A DNA stretch of 32,000 bases from Deltaproteobacteria bacterium (GCA_029559435.1 JAKQBZ010000189.1:5103-37102); one strand, 5' to 3'; positions 1 through 8,057 are shown, numbered from the stretch's first letter. Notes: a model not told the origin generated them from the sequence alone. Made by a program: numbers and translations.

Positions 1-2
1 AG

Positions 3-563
3 AGGAAGACGAAAGAAACGACCATATCGGTACAGTGGCGTATCGACGGAAGCGGCTCCTACACGATCTCAACGGGCATACCTTTTTTTGACCACATGCT
101 CAGCCTTTTCGCAAAGCACGGGCTTTTTGATCTCACGATAAAGGCGAAGGGAGACATTGACATTGATTACCACCATACCGTTGAAGACATCGGGATCGTC
201 ATGGGAAAGGCCCTTAACAAGGCCCTTGGAGAATATAAGGGGATAAAGAGGTATGGCTATGCCATAATACCCATGGACGAGTCATTGTGCATGTGCGCCG
301 TAGACTTAAGCGGCAGGCCCACCCTCGTATGGAAGGGGAAGGTGCAGGGTAAGACCGGGGAGTTTGACGCCGACGTGGTAAAGGAATTTTTCCAGGGATT
401 TGTTAACGAGGCAAAGGCATCGCTGCACATCAATCTCCTTTACGGGGGGAACCTCCACCACAGGGTGGAGGCGATCTTCAAGTCCTTCGGAAAGGCCCTT
501 CAGGAGGCCGTTTCTAAAGACAAGAGGATACGGGGCGTCCCCTCTACGAAGGGAATTCTGTAA
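3..563 (+). CDS. hisB: Imidazoleglycerol-phosphate dehydratase, 5' end truncated by the window edge
   Basis: The frame is open from nt 3 (RKTKETTISVQWRIDGSGSYTISTGIPFFDHMLSLFAKHG...). It carries the IGPD metal-binding motifs FFDHML, DYHHTVEDIGI and GGNLHHRVEA. The stop is at 561-563. The track's ATG at 96 is an internal Met. Confidence 0.92.
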   Translation, partial: RKTKETTISVQWRIDGSGSYTISTGIPFFDHMLSLFAKHGLFDLTIKAKGDIDIDYHHTVEDIGIVMGKALNKALGEYKGIKRYGYAIIPMDESLCMCAVDLSGRPTLVWKGKVQGKTGEFDADVVKEFFQGFVNEAKASLHINLLYGGNLHHRVEAIFKSFGKALQEAVSKDKRIRGVPSTKGIL

Positions 564-602
564 AAAATACGGACAACGGGGCGCCTGGCAGGGTGGAAAA
601 AG

Positions 603-1205
603 ATGATAGCCATTGTTGATTACGGCATGGGAAACCTGAAAAGCGTTGTCAATGTTTTCAAAAAGCTCGGCGCCGATGCGGTGATCTCCAGGGAGAAGGA
701 GGCCATAGGATCCGCAAGGGCCTTGGTCTTGCCGGGCGTGGGCGCTTTTGGGAAGTGCATAGAGAACCTTGAACGGCTTGATCTGCTTGCCTTTCTTAGG
801 AAAACCATCCTGGAAGGCAAGCCCTATCTCGGCATTTGCCTCGGGATGCAGGTGCTCTTTGAGAAAAGCGAAGAGGCGCCGGGCGTTAAGGGCATGGGGA
901 TCATAAAAGGCAGCGTGCCCAGATTCAGGGGCCGGATAAAGGTCCCCCATATGGGCTGGAACAGCATCGAGGTTGTGAAGGAAACCCCGATCCTGAAAGG
1001 GATATCGACCGGCGAACACTTCTATTTTGTACATTCATACTACTGCCTCCCGGAAGAAGATGTAACGGCAACAAGAACGGATTACGGGGGGGATTTCGCC
1101 TCCTCGATACTGAAGGACAATGTTTTTGCATGCCAGTTCCACCCGGAGAAAAGCCAGAGGATCGGGCAGGTGCTGCTGAAGAACTTTATCGCCCTCCATG
1201 CGTAG
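603..1205 (+). CDS. hisH: Imidazole glycerol phosphate synthase, glutamine amidotransferase subunit
   Basis: 200-aa ORF with the canonical HisH N-terminus MIAIVDYGMGNLKSV. It has the class-I GATase nucleophile context LGICLGMQ and the His/Glu context FHPEKS. It starts 39 nt after hisB. Confidence 0.92.
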   Translation: MIAIVDYGMGNLKSVVNVFKKLGADAVISREKEAIGSARALVLPGVGAFGKCIENLERLDLLAFLRKTILEGKPYLGICLGMQVLFEKSEEAPGVKGMGIIKGSVPRFRGRIKVPHMGWNSIEVVKETPILKGISTGEHFYFVHSYYCLPEEDVTATRTDYGGDFASSILKDNVFACQFHPEKSQRIGQVLLKNFIALHA

Positions 1206-1229
1206 GCCAAAACAGGACGAGCATCTATG

Positions 1230-1336
1230 AATAACCAATAACCAAACATCAATCACCAATTAATACCCAATCACCAATGACCGAATACCCAAACGGGAAA
1301 CAATACCGGCAAGTTTCTGTTTGGTTATTGGTTATT
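1230..1336. repeat. CCAAT/ACCAA-type low-complexity element with a perfect 19-bp inverted repeat (family 1, copy 1)
   Basis: AATAACCAATAACCAAACA (1230-1248) is the exact reverse complement of TGTTTGGTTATTGGTTATT (1318-1336). The 69-nt interior is made of CACCAAT/ACCCAAT units. It shares exact words (AATAACCAAT, CCAATTAAT, TTGGTTATTGG) with 28517-28575. Confidence 0.75.
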
Positions 1337-1373
1337 ATTTGGTGTTTGGTGATTCTCTTTGTGGTGGATTCCC

Positions 1374-1401
1374 TTGACATAATGGCTTTTTTTACGATAA
1401 C
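1374..1401 (+). promoter_or_regulatory. Possible sigma70-type promoter for the cytochrome c3/ccs genes
   Basis: TTGACA (1374-1379), a 16-nt spacer, then GATAAC (1396-1401), about 27 nt upstream of ATG 1428. The -10 element is weak. Confidence 0.3.
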
Positions 1402-1427
1402 ATGAGAAAAATTTTTTGAGGCGAGCC

Positions 1428-1808
1428 ATGAAAAGGACATTGCCCGCTATCGCGCTGTGCGCTGTGGCGGTATTTTTTGTTGTCGCGATCATCAGTCCGG
1501 CGGGTGCGCAAAAAAAGGCGCCGGAGCCGTTAAGCCTTTTGCTCAAAGGGGCGAAGCTCCCTCCAGCTCCCTTTTCTCACACCACGCACGTCGATAAGGC
1601 AAGGGTCGGCTGCTCCGCCTGCCACCATAAAGATAAAGACCCCAAAGAACCGGATAAGTGCACAACGTGCCATCTCCTGAAAGAGGTTAAAGATAATGCG
1701 CCTCTCGCAAAGCATGCGTTCCACAAGAACTGCAAGACCTGTCACGAGGAAAACGCGGCAAAAGGGGTTAGCGCGCCAACGAAATGTGCAGAGTGCCATA
1801 AGAAGTGA
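1428..1808 (+). CDS. Periplasmic tetraheme cytochrome c3 (class III)
   Basis: ATG 1428 follows GAGG (1418-1421); the track start at 1416 is a TTG. Signal peptide is MKRTLPAIALCAVAVFFVVAIISPAGA. Four CxxCH motifs (CSACH, CTTCH, CKTCH, CAECH) plus extra His ligands sit in about 100 mature residues. Confidence 0.87.
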   Translation: MKRTLPAIALCAVAVFFVVAIISPAGAQKKAPEPLSLLLKGAKLPPAPFSHTTHVDKARVGCSACHHKDKDPKEPDKCTTCHLLKEVKDNAPLAKHAFHKNCKTCHEENAAKGVSAPTKCAECHKK

Positions 1809-1856
1809 CCCGGGGGACAACTGACAGGCCATAAAAAAAGCATAGTAAAGGCAGCC

Positions 1857-3104
1857 CATGACTTTATCGCCTCGCTGCGATTTGCAATACTCATCCTCTC
1901 CCTTATCGCCATCGCCTCTGTCCTGGGCACGGTCGTAAAGCAGGGGGCAACCGCCGAGGAATACCTCGCCATATATTCTGAAAACACCTATAAAATGATC
2001 AGCCTTCTCGGGCTTGACGATGCGTACCACGCGCCGTGGTTTATCGCGCTTATCGCCCTGTTCGCGCTAAGCCTGGTCCTCTGCAGCCTTCGCAGGCTCG
2101 CCCTTTTCGTTAAAGAAAAAAAGACAATCGTTCTGCCCGAAGAAGACAGGTTGTTAAAGATGGACCTTCATTCATATATCCCGGAGAAAGATTTCAGCGA
2201 AACGCTCGGCCTTTTGGCGCGACGATACAGGCTGGCCCTCGGGGACGGGCAGGGAGCCGTCCTGGAAAAGGGGCGGCTGTCACGATACGGGGTTTTTATT
2301 ATCCATGCGAGCATTATTATAATCCTCGCAGGGGGCCTTATAGGCCTTCTCTTCGGGTACAGGGGGTTTGTAACGCTTAAGGTAGGCGAGACGAAAGACC
2401 GGTTGACGCTGCGCGGAAAAAGCCCTGCCGAGGTGCCTCTTGGTTTTGCCTTAACGTGCAAAGACTTCAAGGTAAACTTTTATCCCACCGGGGAGCCGAA
2501 GGATTTCGTAAGCAGCGTTGAGATAGTAGAAAACGGGAAGGCCGTGCTGGGAAAAGAGATAAGGGTGAACGAGCCCCTTTCATACAAGGGGATCCGCTTT
2601 TACCAGTCACATTATGGCAGCGCCCCTGTCTTTTTCTTCAACGTGGGAGGAGAAAAGGTTGCCCTGATGGAACGGGAGGCGTTCCGGAAAAACAGCCTGT
2701 TGCTTATGGTGGCCCGCTACGAAAGCAGGGTCCATGACTTTGGGCCCGGAGTCCTTGTTGCATATCTTGACGGCGGCGAGCCTAAGGCGACCTGGTTCCT
2801 TAAGAATGTGGACCGCCTCAGGGAGCAAGACCTGCAGGGAGTAAGGGTAAGCCTCAACGATATTCAGGAACAGCTCTATACCGGCCTTGAGGCGTCGAGA
2901 GACCCCGGGGTTTTCGTGGTGTGGGCGGGATTTGTTTTTATCCTCTTCGGGCTGTATGTTAACTTCTTCGTGCGGCACAGAAGGATATACCTGCTTAAAG
3001 TTCCCGGAGGGTTGCTGGTGGCAGGAACGGCATTGAGAAACAGGGGAGACCTCGATAAAGAGTTCAAAAACCTGTTAGAGGAGATTCATGGCCATACACC
3101 ATAA
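1857..3104 (+). CDS. ccsB: Cytochrome c biogenesis protein ResB/CcsB (system II); start codon unresolved
   Basis: The track ORF is 1995..3104, but the same frame is open back to 1809. Codons from 1857 encode HDFIASLRFAILILSLIAIASVLGTVVKQGATAEEYL, the typical ResB N-terminal TM helix. The protein has a large soluble domain and a C-terminal TM (VFVVWAGFVFILFGLYVNFF). It overlaps the ccsA start by 17 nt. Confidence 0.85.
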   Translation, partial: HDFIASLRFAILILSLIAIASVLGTVVKQGATAEEYLAIYSENTYKMISLLGLDDAYHAPWFIALIALFALSLVLCSLRRLALFVKEKKTIVLPEEDRLLKMDLHSYIPEKDFSETLGLLARRYRLALGDGQGAVLEKGRLSRYGVFIIHASIIIILAGGLIGLLFGYRGFVTLKVGETKDRLTLRGKSPAEVPLGFALTCKDFKVNFYPTGEPKDFVSSVEIVENGKAVLGKEIRVNEPLSYKGIRFYQSHYGSAPVFFFNVGGEKVALMEREAFRKNSLLLMVARYESRVHDFGPGVLVAYLDGGEPKATWFLKNVDRLREQDLQGVRVSLNDIQEQLYTGLEASRDPGVFVVWAGFVFILFGLYVNFFVRHRRIYLLKVPGGLLVAGTALRNRGDLDKEFKNLLEEIHGHTP

Positions 3105-3903
3105 GATCCTCGGGGTGGCGACGCTGTTGTACCTCCTTGTTTTTTTTCTCCACATCCTCTACTTTTCCCTGAAAAAGGAGAAGGCCCTTTCCGCCATATG
3201 GATAACCCTTTACGGTACCATCTGCATCCACACCCTGGGGCTTGTTCTCCGCTGGATAGAATCGTACAGGATGGACATAGGGCACGTGCCGCTCGCGAAC
3301 TTTTATGAATCCCTCATCTTTTTTGCATGGTCTGTAACCTTTATGCTTATCGTAATGCGGAAAAAGATCCCCTACCCCGTAATCACAATGTGCGCGTCCC
3401 TGGCCTCCCTTTTCCTGATGGGATACGCCTCCATCTCGCCATCGGTGGACAGAAGCATTCAGCCCCTGATACCTGCGCTGCAGAGCAACTGGCTTCATAT
3501 CCACGTCATCACCTGTTTTGTAGCATACGCGGCATTTGTCATATCCTTTGTCTGCGGCCTTCTCTATTTTGTCGAATGGAAGGGGGTTGTTCCGCCAAAG
3601 GAGGTCCTTGACAATATAAACTATCGAAGCGTGATCATAGGGTTCCCCATGCTCAGCGCCGGCATACTCACGGGGGCGGTATGGGCGCACTACGCCTGGG
3701 GTTCATACTGGAGCTGGGACCCGAAAGAAACATGGTCATTGATTACGTGGATAATATATGCTTTATTTTTACATGCCAGATTAGTGAGTGGCTGGCGCGA
3801 AAAGAGGATTGCGCTGATCTCGATCATAGGCTTTATGAGTGTTATTTTTACCTATTTCGGAGTAAACTTTATTCTTTCGGGGTTGCATACCTACGCCACA
3901 TGA
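3088..3903 (+). CDS. ccsA: Cytochrome c assembly protein CcsA/ResC (heme handling, system II)
   Basis: 271-aa polytopic membrane protein with the Trp-rich WWD motif WGSYWSWDPKETWSLITW. GAGGAG lies 5 nt upstream of the ATG. Confidence 0.9.
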   Translation: MAIHHKILGVATLLYLLVFFLHILYFSLKKEKALSAIWITLYGTICIHTLGLVLRWIESYRMDIGHVPLANFYESLIFFAWSVTFMLIVMRKKIPYPVITMCASLASLFLMGYASISPSVDRSIQPLIPALQSNWLHIHVITCFVAYAAFVISFVCGLLYFVEWKGVVPPKEVLDNINYRSVIIGFPMLSAGILTGAVWAHYAWGSYWSWDPKETWSLITWIIYALFLHARLVSGWREKRIALISIIGFMSVIFTYFGVNFILSGLHTYAT

Positions 3904-4724
3904 AAAAGAAAAGACCAAAAAGCCTGGTGTTGTTTGGAAACGGGATAAACTGCGAATACGAAACTGCCTATGCCAACAGGCTGGCAGGGTTCGACACAAC
4001 CCTCCTCCACATAGACCGCCTGATGGAGGGCCCAAAAGATATCCACCGCTATGCCTTTATAAATTTTCCCGGCGGCTTTCTTGACGGGGACGATCTCGGT
4101 TCCGCTAAGGCCCAGGCGGTGAAATGGCGGTATCAGAGGCTGCGCAGCTCAACGGAGAAGTTTATTGATGAACTGATCAGGTTTGTCGCCGACGGCAAGA
4201 TACTGCTCGGCATATGCAACGGGTTTCAGCTTCTCGTGAAGACCGGGCTGCTCCCGGCAGCCGGAGGCGAATACGGAAGACAGACCGTAACGCTGACATC
4301 AAACGATTCCGGAAGATTTGAGGACCGGTGGACGCACCTTAGGATCAATAAACTTTCCCGTTGCATATTTACCCGCGATATGGATAAAATCTATCTTCCC
4401 GTGAGACACGGCGAAGGAAAATGTGTTGCAGACAGCCGGGAAACCATTGGGAAGATAAAAGAAGGCGGCCATATCGTTTTACAGTATGCCGATGAAAAGG
4501 GGGACGTTACCGATAAATACCCCTGCTGCCCCAACGGTTCGGCAGAAGCGATCGCCGGCCTGTGCGATGCGTCGGGGCGAATCTTCGGCCTCATGCCGCA
4601 CCCGGAAGGTTTTATCCATTATACGCAGCACCCCCGATGGACGAGGGAACCCGTTGAGGAGGCAGGGGGAGATGGTTTGAGGATATTCAGGAACGCATAT
4701 AGATTTGTGTCAGAAAATCAATAG
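3900..4724 (+). CDS. purQ: Phosphoribosylformylglycinamidine synthase I (glutamine amidotransferase subunit)
   Basis: ATG 3900 overlaps the ccsA stop (ATGA). The upstream part of track ORF 3681.. lies inside ccsA in another frame. Motifs are LLGICNGFQLL (Cys nucleophile), RHGEG and LMPHPE. Confidence 0.85.
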   Translation: MKKKRPKSLVLFGNGINCEYETAYANRLAGFDTTLLHIDRLMEGPKDIHRYAFINFPGGFLDGDDLGSAKAQAVKWRYQRLRSSTEKFIDELIRFVADGKILLGICNGFQLLVKTGLLPAAGGEYGRQTVTLTSNDSGRFEDRWTHLRINKLSRCIFTRDMDKIYLPVRHGEGKCVADSRETIGKIKEGGHIVLQYADEKGDVTDKYPCCPNGSAEAIAGLCDASGRIFGLMPHPEGFIHYTQHPRWTREPVEEAGGDGLRIFRNAYRFVSENQ

Positions 4725-4735
4725 GAGGTATTTCT

Positions 4736-5020
4736 ATGAACAAGATGGACATTATCAACAAGCTTGCTGCCGACATCAATGTAAACCAGAAGATAGCGAA
4801 GATAGCCGTTGACACGATCATCGACAGCGTAAAAAAGGCAATTATAAATAATGAACGCGTCGAGATAAGAGGGTTCGGGAGCTTTACCCTCAGGGAATAT
4901 AAGGCATACAAAGGAAGAAACCCGAAAAGCGGAGAGATGGTCAACGTTGAGCCGAAAAAGCTCCCCTATTTCAAGGTCGGCAAGGAACTGAAAGAGATGA
5001 TATGGAAGGACTCCCTATAG
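4736..5020 (+). CDS. ihfB: HU/IHF-family DNA-binding protein, IHF beta-like
   Basis: 94 aa with ERVEIRGFGSF...GRNPKSGE...PYFKVGKELKE, which matches the IHF-beta signature. AGGAGG RBS at 4724-4729. Confidence 0.8.
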   Translation: MNKMDIINKLAADINVNQKIAKIAVDTIIDSVKKAIINNERVEIRGFGSFTLREYKAYKGRNPKSGEMVNVEPKKLPYFKVGKELKEMIWKDSL

Positions 5021-5036
5021 CGGGAAGGTATTGGAA

Positions 5037-6071
5037 CTAAAAATCCCCCCAGCGGGAACTCAAAAGATGTTTTAACCTTTTTACCGTCTGCACTATCTCG
5101 TCTGATTGGCCCTTCTTCTTTTCGTAGGCATATGCAGGGCTCCCCTTCATCTCGGTTATCACCGCCTTCACAGAGCTTGCAAGCCCCGACAGGTCATAGC
5201 CGCCCTCAAGGGCAAAAAGCGCCTTGCCCTTCGAATGTTTTTCGGCGATCTCAAGGAGAATCTTGGTCATCATGGCGTACCCCCCTTCGGTTACAACCAT
5301 TCCGCCGAGAGGGTCGTTGTAATAGGCATCGAAACCTGCCGAAACAAGCACCATTTCAGGCCTGTATACATCCGATACAGGAACAAGGACTTCACGGAAG
5401 GCATAAAGATAGTCCTCATCGGACATGCCGTAGGACATGGGCACGTTGATAGTATACCCTTCGCCTTTGCCCTCGCCTATCTCTTCATACCACCCCGTTC
5501 CGGGGTAATAGGGGTATTGATGGGTTGAAAAGTAGAGAACGGTGGCATCCCCGTAAAAACTGTGCTGTGTGCCGTTGCCGTGATGAAGGTCGAAGTCGAC
5601 GATGAGAATCCTCTTTGCATTATAGGCCTTTTCCAGGTACCGGGCGCCTATGGCAATATTGTTAAAGATGCAGAAGCCCATCCCCCTGTCGCGCTCCGCG
5701 TGGTGCCCCGGGGGCCTCACAAGGGCAAAGGCGCTCTGTATCTCGGACGCCTGCAGCTTGTCGATGAGGGCCAGGACGCCGCCTGCGGCGAGGCACGACG
5801 CTTCGTAGGTCTTGGGAGAGGTGACCGTGTCCGGGTCAATCCTTTTCGGCGGCTTGCCGCTTGTCGCCGCGACATAATCGATGTAGGCAACATCATGATT
5901 GAGGGCGATCTCTTCTCGGGTCGCCTTCCTTGGCTGCACAAAGACGATGCCATCGTCGCTTATCGTTTCGAGCATGGAATAAATAGACCTTAGCCTGTTG
6001 GGGTTTTCGGGGTGGTAATCATCGGTGATATGTTCTAAAAAGAGATTGTCCTTTACAATACCGACGCTCAT
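5037..6071 (-). CDS. Histone deacetylase-family (AcuC/acetylpolyamine amidohydrolase-like) deacetylase
   Basis: 344 aa with RPPGHHAERDRGMGFCIFNN, VDFDLHHGNGTQ and the STHQYPYYPGTG zinc-deacetylase motifs. Confidence 0.87.
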   Translation of the reverse strand: MSVGIVKDNLFLEHITDDYHPENPNRLRSIYSMLETISDDGIVFVQPRKATREEIALNHDVAYIDYVAATSGKPPKRIDPDTVTSPKTYEASCLAAGGVLALIDKLQASEIQSAFALVRPPGHHAERDRGMGFCIFNNIAIGARYLEKAYNAKRILIVDFDLHHGNGTQHSFYGDATVLYFSTHQYPYYPGTGWYEEIGEGKGEGYTINVPMSYGMSDEDYLYAFREVLVPVSDVYRPEMVLVSAGFDAYYNDPLGGMVVTEGGYAMMTKILLEIAEKHSKGKALFALEGGYDLSGLASSVKAVITEMKGSPAYAYEKKKGQSDEIVQTVKRLKHLLSSRWGDF

Positions 6072-6132
6072 ATGGCCCTCCCTGATGACAGGATAGTAAG
6101 TTTTCCGTAAAAAAGCAAGGGATTATAGAGGC

Positions 6133-6153
6133 AGTCGATAGTCGATAGTGAAT
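6133..6153. repeat. Three tandem heptamers AGTCGAT-AGTCGAT-AGTGAAT
   Basis: Direct reading of 6133-6153. The repeat lies 62-82 nt upstream of the minus-strand deacetylase start. Confidence 0.6.
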
Positions 6154-6190
6154 AGCAATAAAACCAGCTAATGGCTGATAGCAAGGCAAG

Positions 6191-6283
6191 CACGAAATCC
6201 TAATATCGAAGCACTAAACAATATCAAAAATCAAATATCAAATGCTCGAAACGAAGGCATGATATTTATGTTTTGAACATTTT
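6191..6283. repeat. AT-rich low-complexity intergenic repeat (family 2, copy A)
   Basis: AAACAATATCAAAAATCAAATATCAAATGCTCGAAAC (6216-6252) matches 27689-27726 with about 4 mismatches in about 37 nt. Both copies also have a preceding CAC(G/C)AAATCCTAA and a following TTTTGAACATT. Confidence 0.75.
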
Positions 6284-7221
6284 TACGATGTACGCCGAGA
6301 GCCCTGTCTCTTGTCGATCCTATAGCAGCTTCCCCCGTGAAGCTTTGCGTGCCTTTTCATCTCTGAGGCAACCTCGGTAAATTCTCCGTAGTGGGAAAAC
6401 GAAATGTGCCTGTTGTGGGCGATGCCTATGGAGAGGGAAACAACAGGGAACCTTTTTTCATTTCCCTGCCGGTCCTTTGTTTGGATGTATCCGCGCTCCC
6501 TGTCCCCGGGATCGTAGAACGTGGGCATGATACTGTCAAACGCCAGAATGATCTCTGACGAAACCTCTTTAACAAGGCCAAGATCCATGATGTATATAAA
6601 ATCATCGCCGCCGATATGCCCTACGAAACCCCCGGCAGGCTGCTTGTTCTTTACGATATTCAGAATAAGGCGGCCGGCCGCCTTTATCACCTCGTCGCCG
6701 CGCGTAAAGCCATAGTGGTCATTGAAGGGCTTAAAGTTGTCGAGATCGCCATAGGCAAGGGCAAAAACATCACCGCGGTCTATCCGCTGCTGTATCTGCC
6801 GGTTGATGGAGATGTTGCCGGGAAGCTTTGTAAGGGGGTTTACTTCCACAACCCTCTCAGACCTGACAATACAAAGATCGACGCGGGCGAGGCCCTCTCT
6901 TTCAAGGTCGCCTTTTAATATGTAATCTTCGACAAGCAGAGAATCCCAGCGAGGGATCTCCCCGGCATCCTCAAGGGCCGCCAGCACAGGAAGCTGGTTG
7001 AAGATGGGGTCGCTTTTCAGGGTGTTCAGGATATTTGTTGTGAGGGGATCGCCCCCGGCTATATCAATGATCAGCAAGCCGGGAATGGCGTTATAGATAT
7101 AATCAAGGGCGGGCCGGATATTGTCAAAGGACACCAGGCGATAATTGTCCTGCAGGGCACCCGCCAGAAGGCCCGAAAAGGCAGGATGCTGCGAAACGAT
7201 AACGATATCTTTTTTTTTCAT
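6283..7221 (-). CDS. Receiver-like domain plus GGDEF-domain protein (variant GGDDF motif)
   Basis: N-terminal CheY-like fold (LLIIDIAGGD, DYILKG) that lacks the N-terminal acidic pair (VIVSQHP). C-terminal nucleotide-cyclase motifs are LPGN, GDLDNFKPFNDHYGFTRGD and HIGGDDFIYI. Its start overlaps the HDOD stop by 4 nt. Confidence 0.85.
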   Translation of the reverse strand: MKKKDIVIVSQHPAFSGLLAGALQDNYRLVSFDNIRPALDYIYNAIPGLLIIDIAGGDPLTTNILNTLKSDPIFNQLPVLAALEDAGEIPRWDSLLVEDYILKGDLEREGLARVDLCIVRSERVVEVNPLTKLPGNISINRQIQQRIDRGDVFALAYGDLDNFKPFNDHYGFTRGDEVIKAAGRLILNIVKNKQPAGGFVGHIGGDDFIYIMDLGLVKEVSSEIILAFDSIMPTFYDPGDRERGYIQTKDRQGNEKRFPVVSLSIGIAHNRHISFSHYGEFTEVASEMKRHAKLHGGSCYRIDKRQGSRRTS

Positions 7222-8057
7222 AACGCAAGGTCTTCCGTCATTTCCAGGGATTCTTCAAACGTCCACAGCACATCCCTGAGGTCGGCTTCGGACAGGCCAA
7301 GCATCTGCCAGGATTTTGGATTGACCGCCATAAGGGTGTGGTCGCCGGCAAAGCCGAACCCCCTTGCCCGCACCAGTATGTCTGAGAGATGGACAATTGC
7401 GGATTCAACAGGCGCACTCTTTGAAAGGTGCGGCTTGTGGTGGTGCTCAATGACATCGACAAGCTTTTGTGGAAAGCGCCACTTCTGTGCCATCCACGAG
7501 CCGACGCTTGCGTGGGTTGTGCCGTAATGAAGGCGCTCGGCTTCATATATGCCCATGCCGTTAATGTCTGCATCGTGCATCGCCTTCTCGTATTTATCGG
7601 GGAACCGAAGGATCAGCAGAACCTTGCCGATATCATGGAGAAGGCCGTCGATGGATGCCTCTTCGGGTTCTTTCAGCCCCTTTTTTTCGGCGATAAGCCT
7701 TGCTATGATGGCACAGCCGAGGGAATGTTCCCAGAGCCCGATCATGGTCTTTTGCATGAGATCAAAGACCGAGACGCCGAGAAGCAAGCCCTTGACAACG
7801 CTTAATCCCAGGAGGATTACCGCCTGATTTACCGATGATATCCTGCCGGGAAATCCGTAGACCGGCGAGTTGACCATTTTAAGAACTTTTGTTGTAAGGG
7901 CGGGATCGTTCGATATGAAGTTGCTGATCTCGTTCAGAGAGACCCTCGGGTTTTCGATGACCCCCAAAAGCCTTTTCAATACGCCCGGAATGGTCGGCAG
8001 CGCATTTATGTTCTCGACCTTGTCCCTGAGGTCCCCGATGCCGGCAACGCTACCCAT
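7218..8057 (-). CDS. HDOD domain-containing signalling protein
   Basis: 279 aa with LPTIPGVLKRLL...NDPALTTKVLKMVNSPVYGFPGRISSVNQAVILLG, WEHSLGCAIIA and LLHDIGK, typical of HDOD. Confidence 0.85.
   Translation of the reverse strand: MGSVAGIGDLRDKVENINALPTIPGVLKRLLGVIENPRVSLNEISNFISNDPALTTKVLKMVNSPVYGFPGRISSVNQAVILLGLSVVKGLLLGVSVFDLMQKTMIGLWEHSLGCAIIARLIAEKKGLKEPEEASIDGLLHDIGKVLLILRFPDKYEKAMHDADINGMGIYEAERLHYGTTHASVGSWMAQKWRFPQKLVDVIEHHHKPHLSKSAPVESAIVHLSDILVRARGFGFAGDHTLMAVNPKSWQMLGLSEADLRDVLWTFEESLEMTEDLAL

Noticed and set aside
306-1034. A 242-aa ORF antisense to hisB/hisH. Similar long antisense ORFs occur at 1530..2030, 3064..3690, 11533..12231, 15590..16270, 24178..24816, 24874..25734 and 26144..26926.
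   Set aside because: Each lies opposite a gene with clear family motifs. Their translations are Arg/Pro/Gly-rich with no recognisable motifs. Such shadow ORFs are expected in GC-rich coding DNA.
1230-1336. Low-complexity repeats (also 6191-6283, 27661-27786 and 28517-28575) considered as CRISPR arrays.
   Set aside because: There is no regular repeat-spacer periodicity, the units are 7-12 nt and degenerate, and no cas genes are nearby.
1806-1808. TGA at the end of cytochrome c3 read as selenocysteine or programmed read-through to give a c3-ResB fusion.
   Set aside because: I recognised no SECIS-like hairpin downstream, and a soluble periplasmic c3 fused to a membrane biogenesis protein has no precedent I know of. 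A 1-nt indel at ATG 1858 explains the data more simply. It is kept only as a minor alternative in the finding.
3681-3899. N-terminal extension of the purQ ORF (track start 3681).
   Set aside because: The extension lies inside ccsA in another frame. The PurQ homology begins at MKKKRPKSLVLFGNG (ATG 3900), which is coupled to the ccsA stop.
3-4724. Odd gene order: hisB-hisH followed by c3-ccsBA and purQ instead of hisA-hisF.
   Set aside because: his genes are frequently dispersed outside Enterobacteria, and all the genes are ordinary housekeeping functions. This is not evidence of a novel system.
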